DNA of 64,000 nt from positions 1,736,001 to 1,800,000 of the forward strand of contig CM074815.1 of the NCBI GenBank assembly GCA_037447605.1, written 5' to 3'. Positions 33,372-44,599 of the stretch are shown one piece after another. Under the pieces are notes generated by a model. It had not been told where the DNA came from and made no database searches. It was given only the letters and a program-made list of their open reading frames with translations. Position numbers and translations under genes: made by a program. Origin of the DNA: Zygnema circumcarinatum SAG 698-1b. Lineage: Eukaryota; Plantae; Zygnematophyceae. Positions within the stretch are counted from its first letter, which is position 1. The number at the start of each line of letters is the position of its first letter.

Positions 33372-34841
33372 TTACAAGACCTGGCGCACACCAAATACTG
33401 CAGAAGTGACAATAAGGCCGTACAATCCGAACTGGCCCCACATGCCCTGCAAGCGTTTCTGCGGGTCACCCGTGTAATACCTGCAACCACATGCCCCCAA
33501 AACCTCTCGTGGGAGCTGCAAAGTGTGAAGAAAAGTGGATGAACAAGAAATAAGCTTGCTCTCTCTAGTTATTTTGGGCTTAAGCTATTAGGATGGGAGC
33601 CTAGAAGGAGAAGGTAGGCAGAATGATGCAACAAGAGTTTTGGAAAAGTGCATACCCGAGGCTGTAAAATACACGGCCGATCACCCACATCACCCCAAAT
33701 CTGCACCGCCCGCAGGCCCAAGTGAGGGATTGAAACCTGTGCTCTCTGGCAAAAGTGAGCCGATAGGATAGCGATTTGATGTCCTTCTAAGAAAATTCAT
33801 ACATGGATTACACCAACCTTCCAACAGATAGACTTTATAGTCGGGAGATGGACCACGCTTTCTACTCAGGAAACAAGGATCAAAGGGTTTACATGGTGGA
33901 GGTGGCGGGGTAGGCGATGCCGGAAGTGAGGAGGAGTGCGAGGAAGGAGGGGTACGACTCCAGCGTGTTCTGGTGCGCTCTCTGGTAGCAGTTAAACAGA
34001 GAGTTTTCCGCATCCTCATACATCTGCGTCAGCAGCACTCCCACTATCATTCATGTATGGCTGCTCGTCCAGGCTCCAAGGCGAACCATTTTAAATGGTC
34101 GATTGCAGAGTTCCATAATCATTTCGCGCAGCAGATTAACTGTGGAATTCAAGCAGCAGCAGCGCAGTAAGGGAAAAGGTTTTTTCAGTGCAATGAATGG
34201 TGCTCTGCATCATCAAGAGCTTATCCCCTGCTTACAAAAGCACCTATCCGCAAAACATAAGTCACTTCCAGTTACGGATTCGGTTCCATCTACATGAGCC
34301 AAGCTTCGTCAAAAAATGAAAAATTCCGCAAAAGAATTAGAGCTCTTCCTGCTTTTGAAATGGCGGAGCGAGTAGCAGAATGTGAAGGAGCGGAGTACCA
34401 ACCTGAGGATACTTCACGCCCGACTTTCTCCGCTGAATAGCGACCTGAAAGCACAATCCCGGGATTGCAAGCAGTGTGAACACGCCTGCTCCTCTAAAAT
34501 AAAGGGCGGGAGGGAGGAACGGGGAAATATCATGAGCTTGCTGGCGCTTGAGAACTTCATCAAGGACGAGTGCAGGATGTCAACTAGACCTGAATACCCT
34601 GCCACTGCGTGAGCACGGCGCTGGCTGCAACAGTGAGCAGCACGTATCCGTAGTCCTTCGGCACGGCCTCCATGAGGGAGGCTCGAGCTGCCAGCGAGGC
34701 GCTTCTCCCTCCCCTCCTGCTCCGTCTGCGCGTCACCACTGGCCATGCCGGCCCCGCAGCTCCTCTGCGACCTACAGGCAAGCTGCATGGCGACGAGGCT
34801 GCCTGCAGGAGAGGGCCTGAGAGAGGGAGGGAGAGCGCCAT
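33372..34841 (-). CDS. MGST3: MAPEG family microsomal glutathione S-transferase 3-like protein with a 56-aa N-terminal extension
   Basis: Exons VPKDYGYVLL...WQGIQ, VAIQRRKSGVKYPQ, MYEDAENSLFNCYQRAHQNTLESYP, FGVMWVIGRVFYSLG and YYTGDPQKRLQG...RQVL*. In-frame ATGs at 34841 and 34673. Confidence 0.9.
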
Positions 34842-35423
34842 GGCTTGTGTCCGTCTGGCTCTGCCTCTGTCCGAGGGAGGGCGGAGGTGGGCCAAGGCCC
34901 TGAATACTTCCCGAAACCACGAAGAATAAAGTGTACGGACATAAAGTACAAGAACTGTACAGTACAGTATTGCAACCTTGTATTTCACTACGTAAATTAA
35001 ATCGCATTATCCAGTGGCGATTGCCCACGTGTCAATTTGAGTACGTGGCAGGTTGCTATTGGCTCTAACTGTGCAACACAGATGGGGTGGTACTGTACGG
35101 AGTGCAAAAATGTACGGAACGAGAAAGCACGGTACGGAGAAGCGTGCCGCCCAGAAAGACAGTGCCACGCGGCATCAAATGATTTGCACCTAGAACGACA
35201 AAAAAAACCAGGGTCAAGGGCAGCCAGGGACGACAGGTTCGTCCGAAACTGTCTCCATGGACAGGTTCACGTGGCAGATCACGGAACAAGCAGCGGGACG
35301 GAACAAGCCACGGAACGGAACTAGCAGCAGAAAGGAACAAGCAGCACAACGGAACAAGCAACGGAACGGGACAGGACACAGAACAATGGCATGCGAGGCT
35401 GCCCTCTCCCTAATCCCCAATGT

Positions 35424-38400
35424 TCATTTCTTATCTTCTTCATCTTTCCCGGAAGCGAGAGCAGGGGGGCCCTTCCTCAAGAAAGCATTCAAGGTCGTCT
35501 GCTTCCCCCCTCTATTTGCAGCTTCGCTGCTCTGCCCATCTCGAAACCCTTTCCTTCTCCGCATATCCCCCTCCGACTGCTTCCTGATCCCTCTACTAAA
35601 GCTAGCAGATGCGGCCCTTAAAGGCTCCTTGGCACTCAGCGTTCGAGATTCACCGCTGCCTACTTCACACCCGTACTCAGATGTTGACCTCGGATGTGAC
35701 TCACACTCAGTGAGAGCAAAAGCTGACTCTTCGCCTCTTTTACTACCTCGCTGCATCATTCTGACCAAGTGATCAGACGGTAATTGATCAGAGCCCTCTA
35801 GTAAGCTTCTTTCCTTCTGAACCATTCCTTCCTCCTCTCCTTCTGTCAAACAACCGGCAGGCCCTTCACTTCTCTGCAGACGCTCCTCCTCTCTTTCGCC
35901 CTCCTCTTCTCTGCCTCCTGTCAGCCTCTCTTCCTCTTTCACTTGCTTTAATCTCTTTGCCCCTTTTTCAGTCGCTCTTTCTGCTTGGCCCAGTTCTGAT
36001 TCACATGCCAAAGCAGCTTGATTACTATCTAGTGGCGTGCTGCTGCCAGTCTCTGCTGAACTCCGCCTCTTCATAAGAAGCTCAGATACTTTTCTTTGTC
36101 GGGAATCATCTTGGAACCTCTTCATCGACCGGGAAGAGAGGCGTGTTGGCTGATGTGGTTCAAGCTTCGGCTGCTCCTTGAGAGTGACAGTGACAGCTGC
36201 ATGATCGCTCCATTTTTTGGGGTTCATTTTTATCACATCTGCCATCACGACCTGCGGAAGGAAGCTCCGATTGCAAATGGTGTAGTCGATTCTGCAAAGA
36301 AATTGAGTAAGGGTAGCTTTAGGACATAATGACCAGGATGTTCACTATGCTCGCAACAAAATGTTCATGAATGAAAAGCCCGATAAGACTGCTGGCAAAC
36401 CCTAACTTTAACCATCCTTCGGCTGCTCGGGTGCCCACCTTTGCCCTTCATTGTGACTGCGAGCATCCGTCCTCTGATCCCATACACTGAATGCCACCCT
36501 TTCCCCGTGAAAGTGCCGAAAGAGGTCGATATAGGCCTCTTCCAGTAACGAGTCCATCCAAGCACGTTCTTCTGCATGCATTCCCAATTGATTATTACCC
36601 AAAGCTCATTGCTGTACTGACAAGACAGCACATTCACATGAAGAGACAAACTCTACATCTCCCGCTTTTCTGCACTTTACTCTCCTAAGGAGGACCTCCT
36701 CCTTGTTCAAGTTGGTGAACCTATACACCCAAAGTGCTGTTCGCGCTTTGAATAAAGAGAGAAGAATTTCAAAAGCGTAAACTCATGCACTGCGATTGCG
36801 GGTGAAGGGAGACCGCAAGTCCCAAATACTCCTTACAATTATTCTAGCTTATCCTCAATTGACCGATGGCCTTTTATTGCCCAGGCTGCTGGCCTTACCT
36901 CGTGAATAGATTTCCTCAACCGACCAGTCTTTGAAGACGTCAATGTTTCTGTATGAAACATTCAGGTCTCCTACGAGGAGTACATGTCTGCCACTCCGCA
37001 CGATTTCATCACCTGCATCAGTTTCCCATGTTTCAATGAGTTTCTCATGCTCTTAGATTACATCGTCCACAAATTGACCTTAGTAAAGCGGCCGTGAACG
37101 CAATCTCAATACCGTGCACAAGTTCTTAAATCAGGAACTTGCCCCTTCAAGCGGCATCAGCAAGTTAGTTCTTGTTGTGATCACCAGCTGTGTTTCTGTC
37201 AGTTCAGACAATTTGATTTTTTGGGCAAATCCATTCTTGACATCATTGTGTAGCGGCCTTCAAACTACATCTTGTTCTAACTTTTTGGAGAGGGTGCACC
37301 TGCTATCCTGGACCCTTCTGCTTACCAGAGTTTCAAGAACATTTGCGCACATTTATGGCGAATTGCCTGAAGAAACTTGAGCTTGAAGCCAAGTCTCGCT
37401 CTCTCGGGTCGATCTCCCGCATTTGGCACGTACACATTAAGCAGCATGAACGAGCCATGGTCTGTCAGCATCACCCTCCCTTCCTGCCAGCACAACTCAT
37501 CCGCGTCTTCATCATCCGACCAATCGGGGGCCTTCAAACAATCGTTATGGGCGTCTAACGGGGACAGATCGTCTCTTACATAGGTCACTACTCCTGTCAC
37601 AGAATAAGCCCATCTTTGATCAATATCCCACCAAGGTTTCAAATTTTGTTTCAAGCCAACAGGTTCACACTTTCCGGGCATTGTTGAAACAAAGCCAGAA
37701 GCCCATAAATCGACTTGCACCGAAGAACAACAAACTGCAATAAAGCGGCATTAAAAGGCTGCAGTGCGAAATTCACACACCACTGTATCCTTTCTTCAGC
37801 TTGCTGAATGCCCAAAAGGACTCATAACCAGGAACGCATGCAAGCCACTTTTCCAACTTTTCCTCCTGCACTTTTGCCTCCTGCAAAACACCCACCCGTG
37901 TCAAGCACCTTCAGAAAGCCAGCATCTCAGAGATAAGTTCTCGCAAGGAGCTGATACATGACAAACTTGCTCTGCCAAGGACACCTCCCCCAGGACCCGG
38001 TATCATCTTAAGTAGACACACTGGGACCAATACTTCACTATGCAGAAAAATGACACATGTGATGAATGATGATCATAACATGGCCTCCCAATGTTATGAA
38101 ACGCTGATACATATCCGTCATCTCATTCCATATAGCCTTCAATTTCTTCCTTCTCAAGCAACTCTTTAAAAGCACCAAGCTCAGTTACTTTCTAACTTCA
38201 ACATGACACCTTTAGAAGGTAACTTCGTGCGACAGAAAACTTAATTCCCTTCTAGAGAAAGAATTGAAAAATTCTCATGTTGAAACGCACAAAAGTATCC
38301 CATTGCCATATGATATTTTGTTAAATATAAGTATTGATAACCTCATAATGATTCCTTCCTGTTCTCACGGACAGAAGTATGCATGTATGTATGCATGCAT

Positions 38401-38614
38401 GGATGATGTAAACCTGGAAGCAAACGATGTCTGCGTGCAGAATATCCCTGAAATAGGTCGTGATAGAGCCATATCGGTTGCGCACGTCCTTGAGAGTGGT
38501 CGGCAGGCCATTCACATTCCATGAAAAGATGTGCATGCCGCCCCGCTCCCCCCCCCCCCCTCCCCCAACCTGCACCACCTGCAGCGGGCCCACACAGTGA
38601 GGCGCAGCAGCCAT
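35424..38614 (-). CDS. ExoIII/EEP-family AP endonuclease, APE2-like, multi-exon
   Basis: Motifs FSWNVNGL, DIVCFQ, YVPNAG, VLLVGDLNV, RIDY and WSDHAAV; charged tail ending QTTLNAFLRK...DKK*. Start is either 38614 or 38536 (MHIFSW). Confidence 0.88.
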
Positions 38615-39831
38615 GGCGAAGCAGAAGCACCAAAATTCCCGCGGAAACATTTATGGCATATTTTTTCCTTTGGGCAAATCATCGCTGTTCTCGCCGGGTT
38701 TCAAACCTCAGATTACAGTTTTTCTCCATTTACAATGAAGTCTGAAATTTACCCAATGATAGCTCCACACGTAGGCCGAATTATACACGTGGCGAAACAT
38801 AATTGGATGACGCTTGGATTAAAATTTGCAGTGAAAAACGAACCTAACCCGAAACTCTGAAGGCCCTAACCGCCCCTTCTATCGAGACGCTACGAAAATT
38901 GAAGGACGGGCAGATGTGAAAAAGTGCAGAAATTTGCAGATTCAATTTCACTTTTGGAGTCTCTACCCTCTCTGGCTCTTGGAGAAATTATGACCGGGGT
39001 GGTCTGTAAGGGAGAGAGCTCTGGGAGGGCCCAGCTTGCAGAGCCTGCAGCCATGGCCGCCATGGGAGTCTAAGCAAGAGTCCTTCAGAAGCGCTTCTCT
39101 CCTTCATTGAGGGATTCGCATTTGCACGTCGTCGGGGGGGCATACGTTTTTTTATGCGAAATTTTAGGGTTGTTAGTAACTCCAACAAAGCTGTTCTGAA
39201 ATCCTCAGTATTGAACTGTCGGCTCGTCATTCGCTCAACGGTTAGTCCTGCTTCTGATGATTATGAATTTGATTAGGGAGTTATCGCCATGCTTGCTCCG
39301 AACTCCGCATGTGGCTTTGGAGCGGTTGGGGCCATGAGAGGTGCCGCTGGTGTTATGTTCCGTTGAATTCAAGCGTTTCAGGCAGATGGAAGCGTAAGAA
39401 AATAGCGACTGAGTGGGGTTAAAACCATCGTCAAGGTTAAAAGGTTTCGTTGAGGGTGTTTTCTTAAGCTCCTCGTTGTCGTGGGCGCAGTGTAGGAGGA
39501 CTGGAGAGGGAGCTGCTTAGTTGCTTCGTTAATATAGGGAGTGCCAGAGAAAGGCCAGCAAGGGTGGGAGGACTTCAGTCCTAGATTTGAGAGCGGTGAA
39601 AAAACCAGCACAAGGCGGTTCCGAGTTCTTCTTCTGCTACTGCGTTGTTATCACATTCCTCCTCGTTCCATAGATTGAAACGGTCCACTTTCTGGGCGAG
39701 AAACTATCAGTTTTCAGTCTGCTGTCGCTTTCGCGTGCCGTCCCTCAATACTTCGTTGTCTCCTCTCCTATCTTTCAATTTTAGAAGGGCGTTGAACTTG
39801 AAAAGTAGCGTTTGAAGTTGAGACGGCTGCG

Positions 39832-42800
39832 ATGAGAGAGAACAAGGAGATGGTGGACTACGATGAAGCGGTTGAACCCGAGGGCAAAACGAGGAAAAGA
39901 CCGGGGAAATTTCATTCCCCCGTGAGAGACGATAGTCCGAAGTACTCCTCTAGGGGAAGGCGGGTAGGCAGAGCTTCACTGCGCCTGGTGGAGGAGGAAG
40001 GGGGGGATTGGGAAGGAGTAAGAGAGGTGCAATTGCATCAGAAGCTGCAAAACTTTCTGGAAAATCGAGACAGCTGGGCTCGGCTGCAGGCCAGAGGAGC
40101 AGCCCATGTTGAGCTGCAGGAGTTTCTCAAGTCATTGCATTCACGGGGTTCAGATGCGTGCAAGGTGAGCTCAGCACAGCACGTTCAGTGGATCACTTTG
40201 TGCCGAAGGTTTTGCTCATGCTGGATGAGTTCCAGGAAGCCGCGCTTGGCCTAGTGACCCTGGTTTTGCAAAGAGTTAGGAAAAAGTCAATGCTGGCTCT
40301 TGAAGCCTTTGTGAAGGTGCATGCATGTCTGCAGCATTTTGCAGATAGAGTAGAAAAACAAGGTGTGTGATTAAGTCTTGAGTGAGATGATTAATGACGA
40401 ATTGTCTTCAATTGCGCTCTGTGAGAAACGCAGCACCACAAAGGTTGCAATAGTAAAGGAGGGTTTTAGCTTTGTGGACGTGAATGAGAAAATGAATGAT
40501 TTGTTCCCTCGCCCCTCATTCATTCCCTCATTCTCTCATTTTTTCATGAAATACTCAGTGGTCGAATGAGTGCAAGTGCCCTTGGCTTAACAGGGCTGGG
40601 TGCTCGTAACAGGAGTATCGCAAGATGGTGATCGCCCATCAGTTATCAGCTCAGGAGTTGGCGCAGGAGAACCGGCCGGTGTTGGAGCTGCTGCTGCTTG
40701 TACTGCTGGACGAATTGCACATGGGGGATAAGGAAAAGCTCTGGCGAACACCTAAACCTCAACTTGTAGCTGCCATTCAGGAGCGGGCCAGCATGCCACT
40801 GACACAAACAGCCAAAGAAGGGACTCCAAATGGACGTGGACTGACGTCATGTAGCACGCCAGGAACTCAACGTCTTCAAAATGGGCGTTCCAAACAACAT
40901 GTTCAATTGTCAACAGGTGTTGCCACTGGTAGTGGAAAGAAAAGGGGGAAGAGAGAGAATGGACTTGTACATACATCACCTGGAAGTCGAACCACAGAAA
41001 ACGGGGAAGTAGGAAATGGCCATTCTTGTGCAATAGATATACAGGCTAAAGGACAGCTTTGGAACTTCCTTTCAGAGCCTGAGCGATGGCCTCATTTGAA
41101 ATGGAGGTCTCAGTCGCACAATGCATACAAAGAGGTGCTCCGCAACGTGCGGGAGACGGATCCGGAATGTCTGCAGGAGCTAAGGAATGTTCTTAGAGCG
41201 AATTTCACTTTTAGAATGGAGCAGATTCAGGCACAAAACATACAAGTGCTGCAGGTGAGCCTCTCATTTTTTTAAGGGATTTCTTTTTTCAATAATAAAT
41301 TACGAAAGCAAGGAGATACTGCATAGGTGGAGATGCGAAGGTACATGTATACAGCTGTCGCAACTGTTTGAAGGGGGATGATTAAGCATACAAACATTTG
41401 TAACAAATGCGACATGCATGATTTTACTCTGGCTATCAGTAAATATTCATGACCAATGCATCAGATGCCTGTTGTCTGATTGCAGGTGTTGGCGTATGTA
41501 GTGAGCGATAGGCTGGGAATCACTCACCTTACGCGCGAGCAGTTGGTCCGTCTTTGTGCTGAAGAGGGCCCTTGGTTGGACTCTGAGCCGAATCAGAAGC
41601 TGCGGAGTGTGAATTTACCTCCTTCTATGCTCACTCCTTTTAGTGTTGTCCGCCCTAGTCGACAAAGAAAGAAAAAGGTTTCAGAGCAACCTGCGTTCAC
41701 AGTCACGAGCCCTGATGAGGAGAATGGAGACACGTCTATAGGGGGTGACAGTTGGGAGATGAGCGGAGCTAAACAGTCTGCAGAGCGAGCTTTGCAAGGA
41801 AGTCTATCTCGCGAGGAGCAAATACCTGTCCTGTATAAATATCTAGGAGACATAGAACAATGGAAAACACTTGGGACGAGACATGCTGGTCATAGACAGA
41901 TGATGAAGGCGATGCAAGATATGCGAGAAACAGAACCGGAGGTTTTCCTTTCTTTGCGCCGTTCTGTAATGCAGAACCCAGATGTTAATGCAGATTCACT
42001 CCATGAAGCAAAAACACCTGCCCTGAGGGTGAGTTACAACCCGCAAATCAATAGTTAGTGTAGGTTGGGGCACCTGGGAGTTATCAGTTTTGTTTGAGGG
42101 CTTCAACTTCAGTTCAACTCCTTCAACTTCTAATTTATTTTCAGAACTTATGCAGTCAGGATTCTTCTCTAGCTCCAGTTCGTTCTTTAGCTCTATTCGG
42201 GTCCGTTTATCGAAGTCATGATAGAAATAACTTATGTTAGTTCCATTGCTAAAATTCCTACTCTCTTGCATTTGACGGTTTGAAACAAAACAACTCCTTC
42301 AATTGCCTTTGTCTGACAATAAATCTTTGTACTGTCTATGGCACTTGACTCACATCTTCATGGAACTATTCACAGCACCCCGATTGACTCGCCTGATTGT
42401 ACCATCTCTCGGTCAACTAATCCACGCACTTGCATGTAATGGCGAGCATCAGTGAACGCAGTTGTCACCGAAAGGAGCATTTTCTTAGTTGATCTCTAAA
42501 GTTGGGGAGGTGGCCTTGCAGGTGCTGGCATATGTGCTTAGCAATGGAGCTGACGTTGAGAAAGCAGATCGAGCAAAGTTGCTGCGCATCTGCTTTGAAA
42601 ATGGCCCCTGGACAAATAGGCCACTCCCAGCTCTCCTTGTGACTGACTCTCCACTATTAGCCCTGCCGCCGCCTCCAGTACCATCACATTTGATGACCCA
42701 GAGGGGTGGAGGTAGTCAGGAAGAAAAGAACGTGGACCATTCAGAAAAGGGGGTTGGGACGGCTGGCAATGCAGCAGGGGACAAACGCAGTGCTTCAGAA

Positions 42801-43733
42801 AGCACAGAGTTTCCTGAGGAAAGCGAGGAAAAAGAGGGAAGCGAAATAGGGAAAGGACAAGGTACAGGGAAGCGACAGAGGAAAGAAACAGTTACAGATG
42901 AGGACGCAGTCGCCGTCGAGGATCAGGCTCAGACAGATGATGCAAACAGCAAAGAAGATGGCCAAGGAAGAAGTGAGCGTTTGCCTAGTGGTAGTGCTGA
43001 AGATGAGGGGGATTATGACGACGAGGATATTAGCTTGGATAGGGAAGTTGGAAGAGAGGAGGAAAGACAAAGTAGTGGTCATGAGGAGCATGGAGAAAGT
43101 GGAGGGCAAAGTAATGATGGGAGGGAAAGGGATGTAAGGGAAGTGGGAGGGGCGGATGAGGGTGAAGACTCAGATAGGTGCGGAGAGGAAGAGGAGATGG
43201 AGGCATCTGCATTGGCAGTTCTAAATGGTGGAGGCGAGGATATGCAGAGCCACAAAGGAGGTGGGGATCAATGGGAAGGAGATGAAACTGACGCTGTGAA
43301 GGACATACAGAGCCTGGGTCATATTGTGGTCAGTCGCATGGAGGAGGTCATAGCACGGAAGCGGAAGGAAGAAGAAGAGGCTCGTTATGCTTTGTCAATC
43401 GCAAAGGAGGAGGTGGCAACATTGAAGGAAAAGCTCAGGCAGGCGCAGGCGAAGGTGAGTCAACTGCAGAGCAAGCTAACTGGGTCGGCCCGTAGCAACA
43501 ACAATCTTCAGGTGAAGGTAGACACAACAAAGGGAGAGGTAGAGATGAAGGTAAAGCTGTGCAAAGACGCTTTACAAAAGCATTTGGAGATTAATCGTGA
43601 ACTGCAGCTCATGCCAATGGCAGTTGATGGGAAAGGAGTGGCAAGAAGAGAGGCTACTCTTGGGGCAGTCTGGGAAAGCCTTCAGGACTACAAAAGGCTC
43701 CGGAGTGAGTTGGAGGATCTGGGAAAGGCCTAG
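39832..43733 (+). CDS. Four-exon hypothetical protein: three internal ~95-aa modules, acidic disordered region, C-terminal coiled coil
   Basis: Exons approx. 39832-40164, 40609-41254, 41486-42028 and 42522-43733; the last two junctions were checked as phase-0 GT-AG and keep the frame open. Confidence 0.75.
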
Positions 43734-44599
43734 GTCACCAAGCTGTTCGTTCATAGCAGCCGGGAGGGAGTGCAGGTCAAGTTAAAGGCAGACCAAGGTC
43801 AGGTCCGAGAAGCCTCTTGTCCATGGCTTCTGATGTTTAGCCGCAGTGAAGCCGTGAATATGAACTCATGCGGCTGCAAAATCTATGAGTAGCATTCGTG
43901 GGGAGGTGTTCATGCGGAGAGTCCGCTGCAGGTTGTCGGCATTATGGCTCGTAAGTTTTGGCATGGCAAAGCACACTGTAACCCTGTCCTAACAGAGTTC
44001 ACATAGAGAATGTTGTATAGGCGGGGCGAGAATAATGACATGTGAAGGTGAATTCAAAAGGAGCGGAGGCGGATATGGGGCTGATATCTGTGGGCGTGGC
44101 GCCTACCCATTCTGTAATTTATTATTTTCTAGATTCCAGGCAGCCCTTAAAACCAGATTTAAAAAAAAGCATGTTAGCATGTATAAATGTCTGAGTAACG
44201 ATCACAGTGTCGCCTTGTCAGATACTTCCCCTTTTTTTTCCTTTCTTTTTTTTAAAGGATTGATCTAAAAAATAAAGGGCAAGCTTTGGTGTTCAAAATA
44301 ACGCCAGTCGATCATTTCAAGAAACTTGGCCAGTTTGGACAAGGTGGATCCTATAGGTCCACTGGCAGTGGATCCCAATTGACCCTGTAATTCACTCACT
44401 GCAAACCTCAGCCTCTGAATGCGCCAGATGTGACCAGATCACTATGATCACTTCCAAGAATCCACCATGACGTGACCATTGTCACGAAGTACCCATCCAT
44501 GGATTGGAGGATGGAAGGATGGAAGGATGCAGTCCAGCTCCTTGAGAAAAGGTAAGGCGTGATCTGATCAGATTTTAAGAGCAGTTAGGGACTATGTGC

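Noticed and set aside
37786-37794. GTATCCTTT as a U12 intron donor
   Set aside because: It is on the plus strand, while the surrounding gene is on the minus strand.
20185-38614. KU80 and the AP endonuclease as a DNA-repair gene cluster
   Set aside because: They are separated by unrelated genes; two genes in a eukaryotic window are not evidence of clustering.
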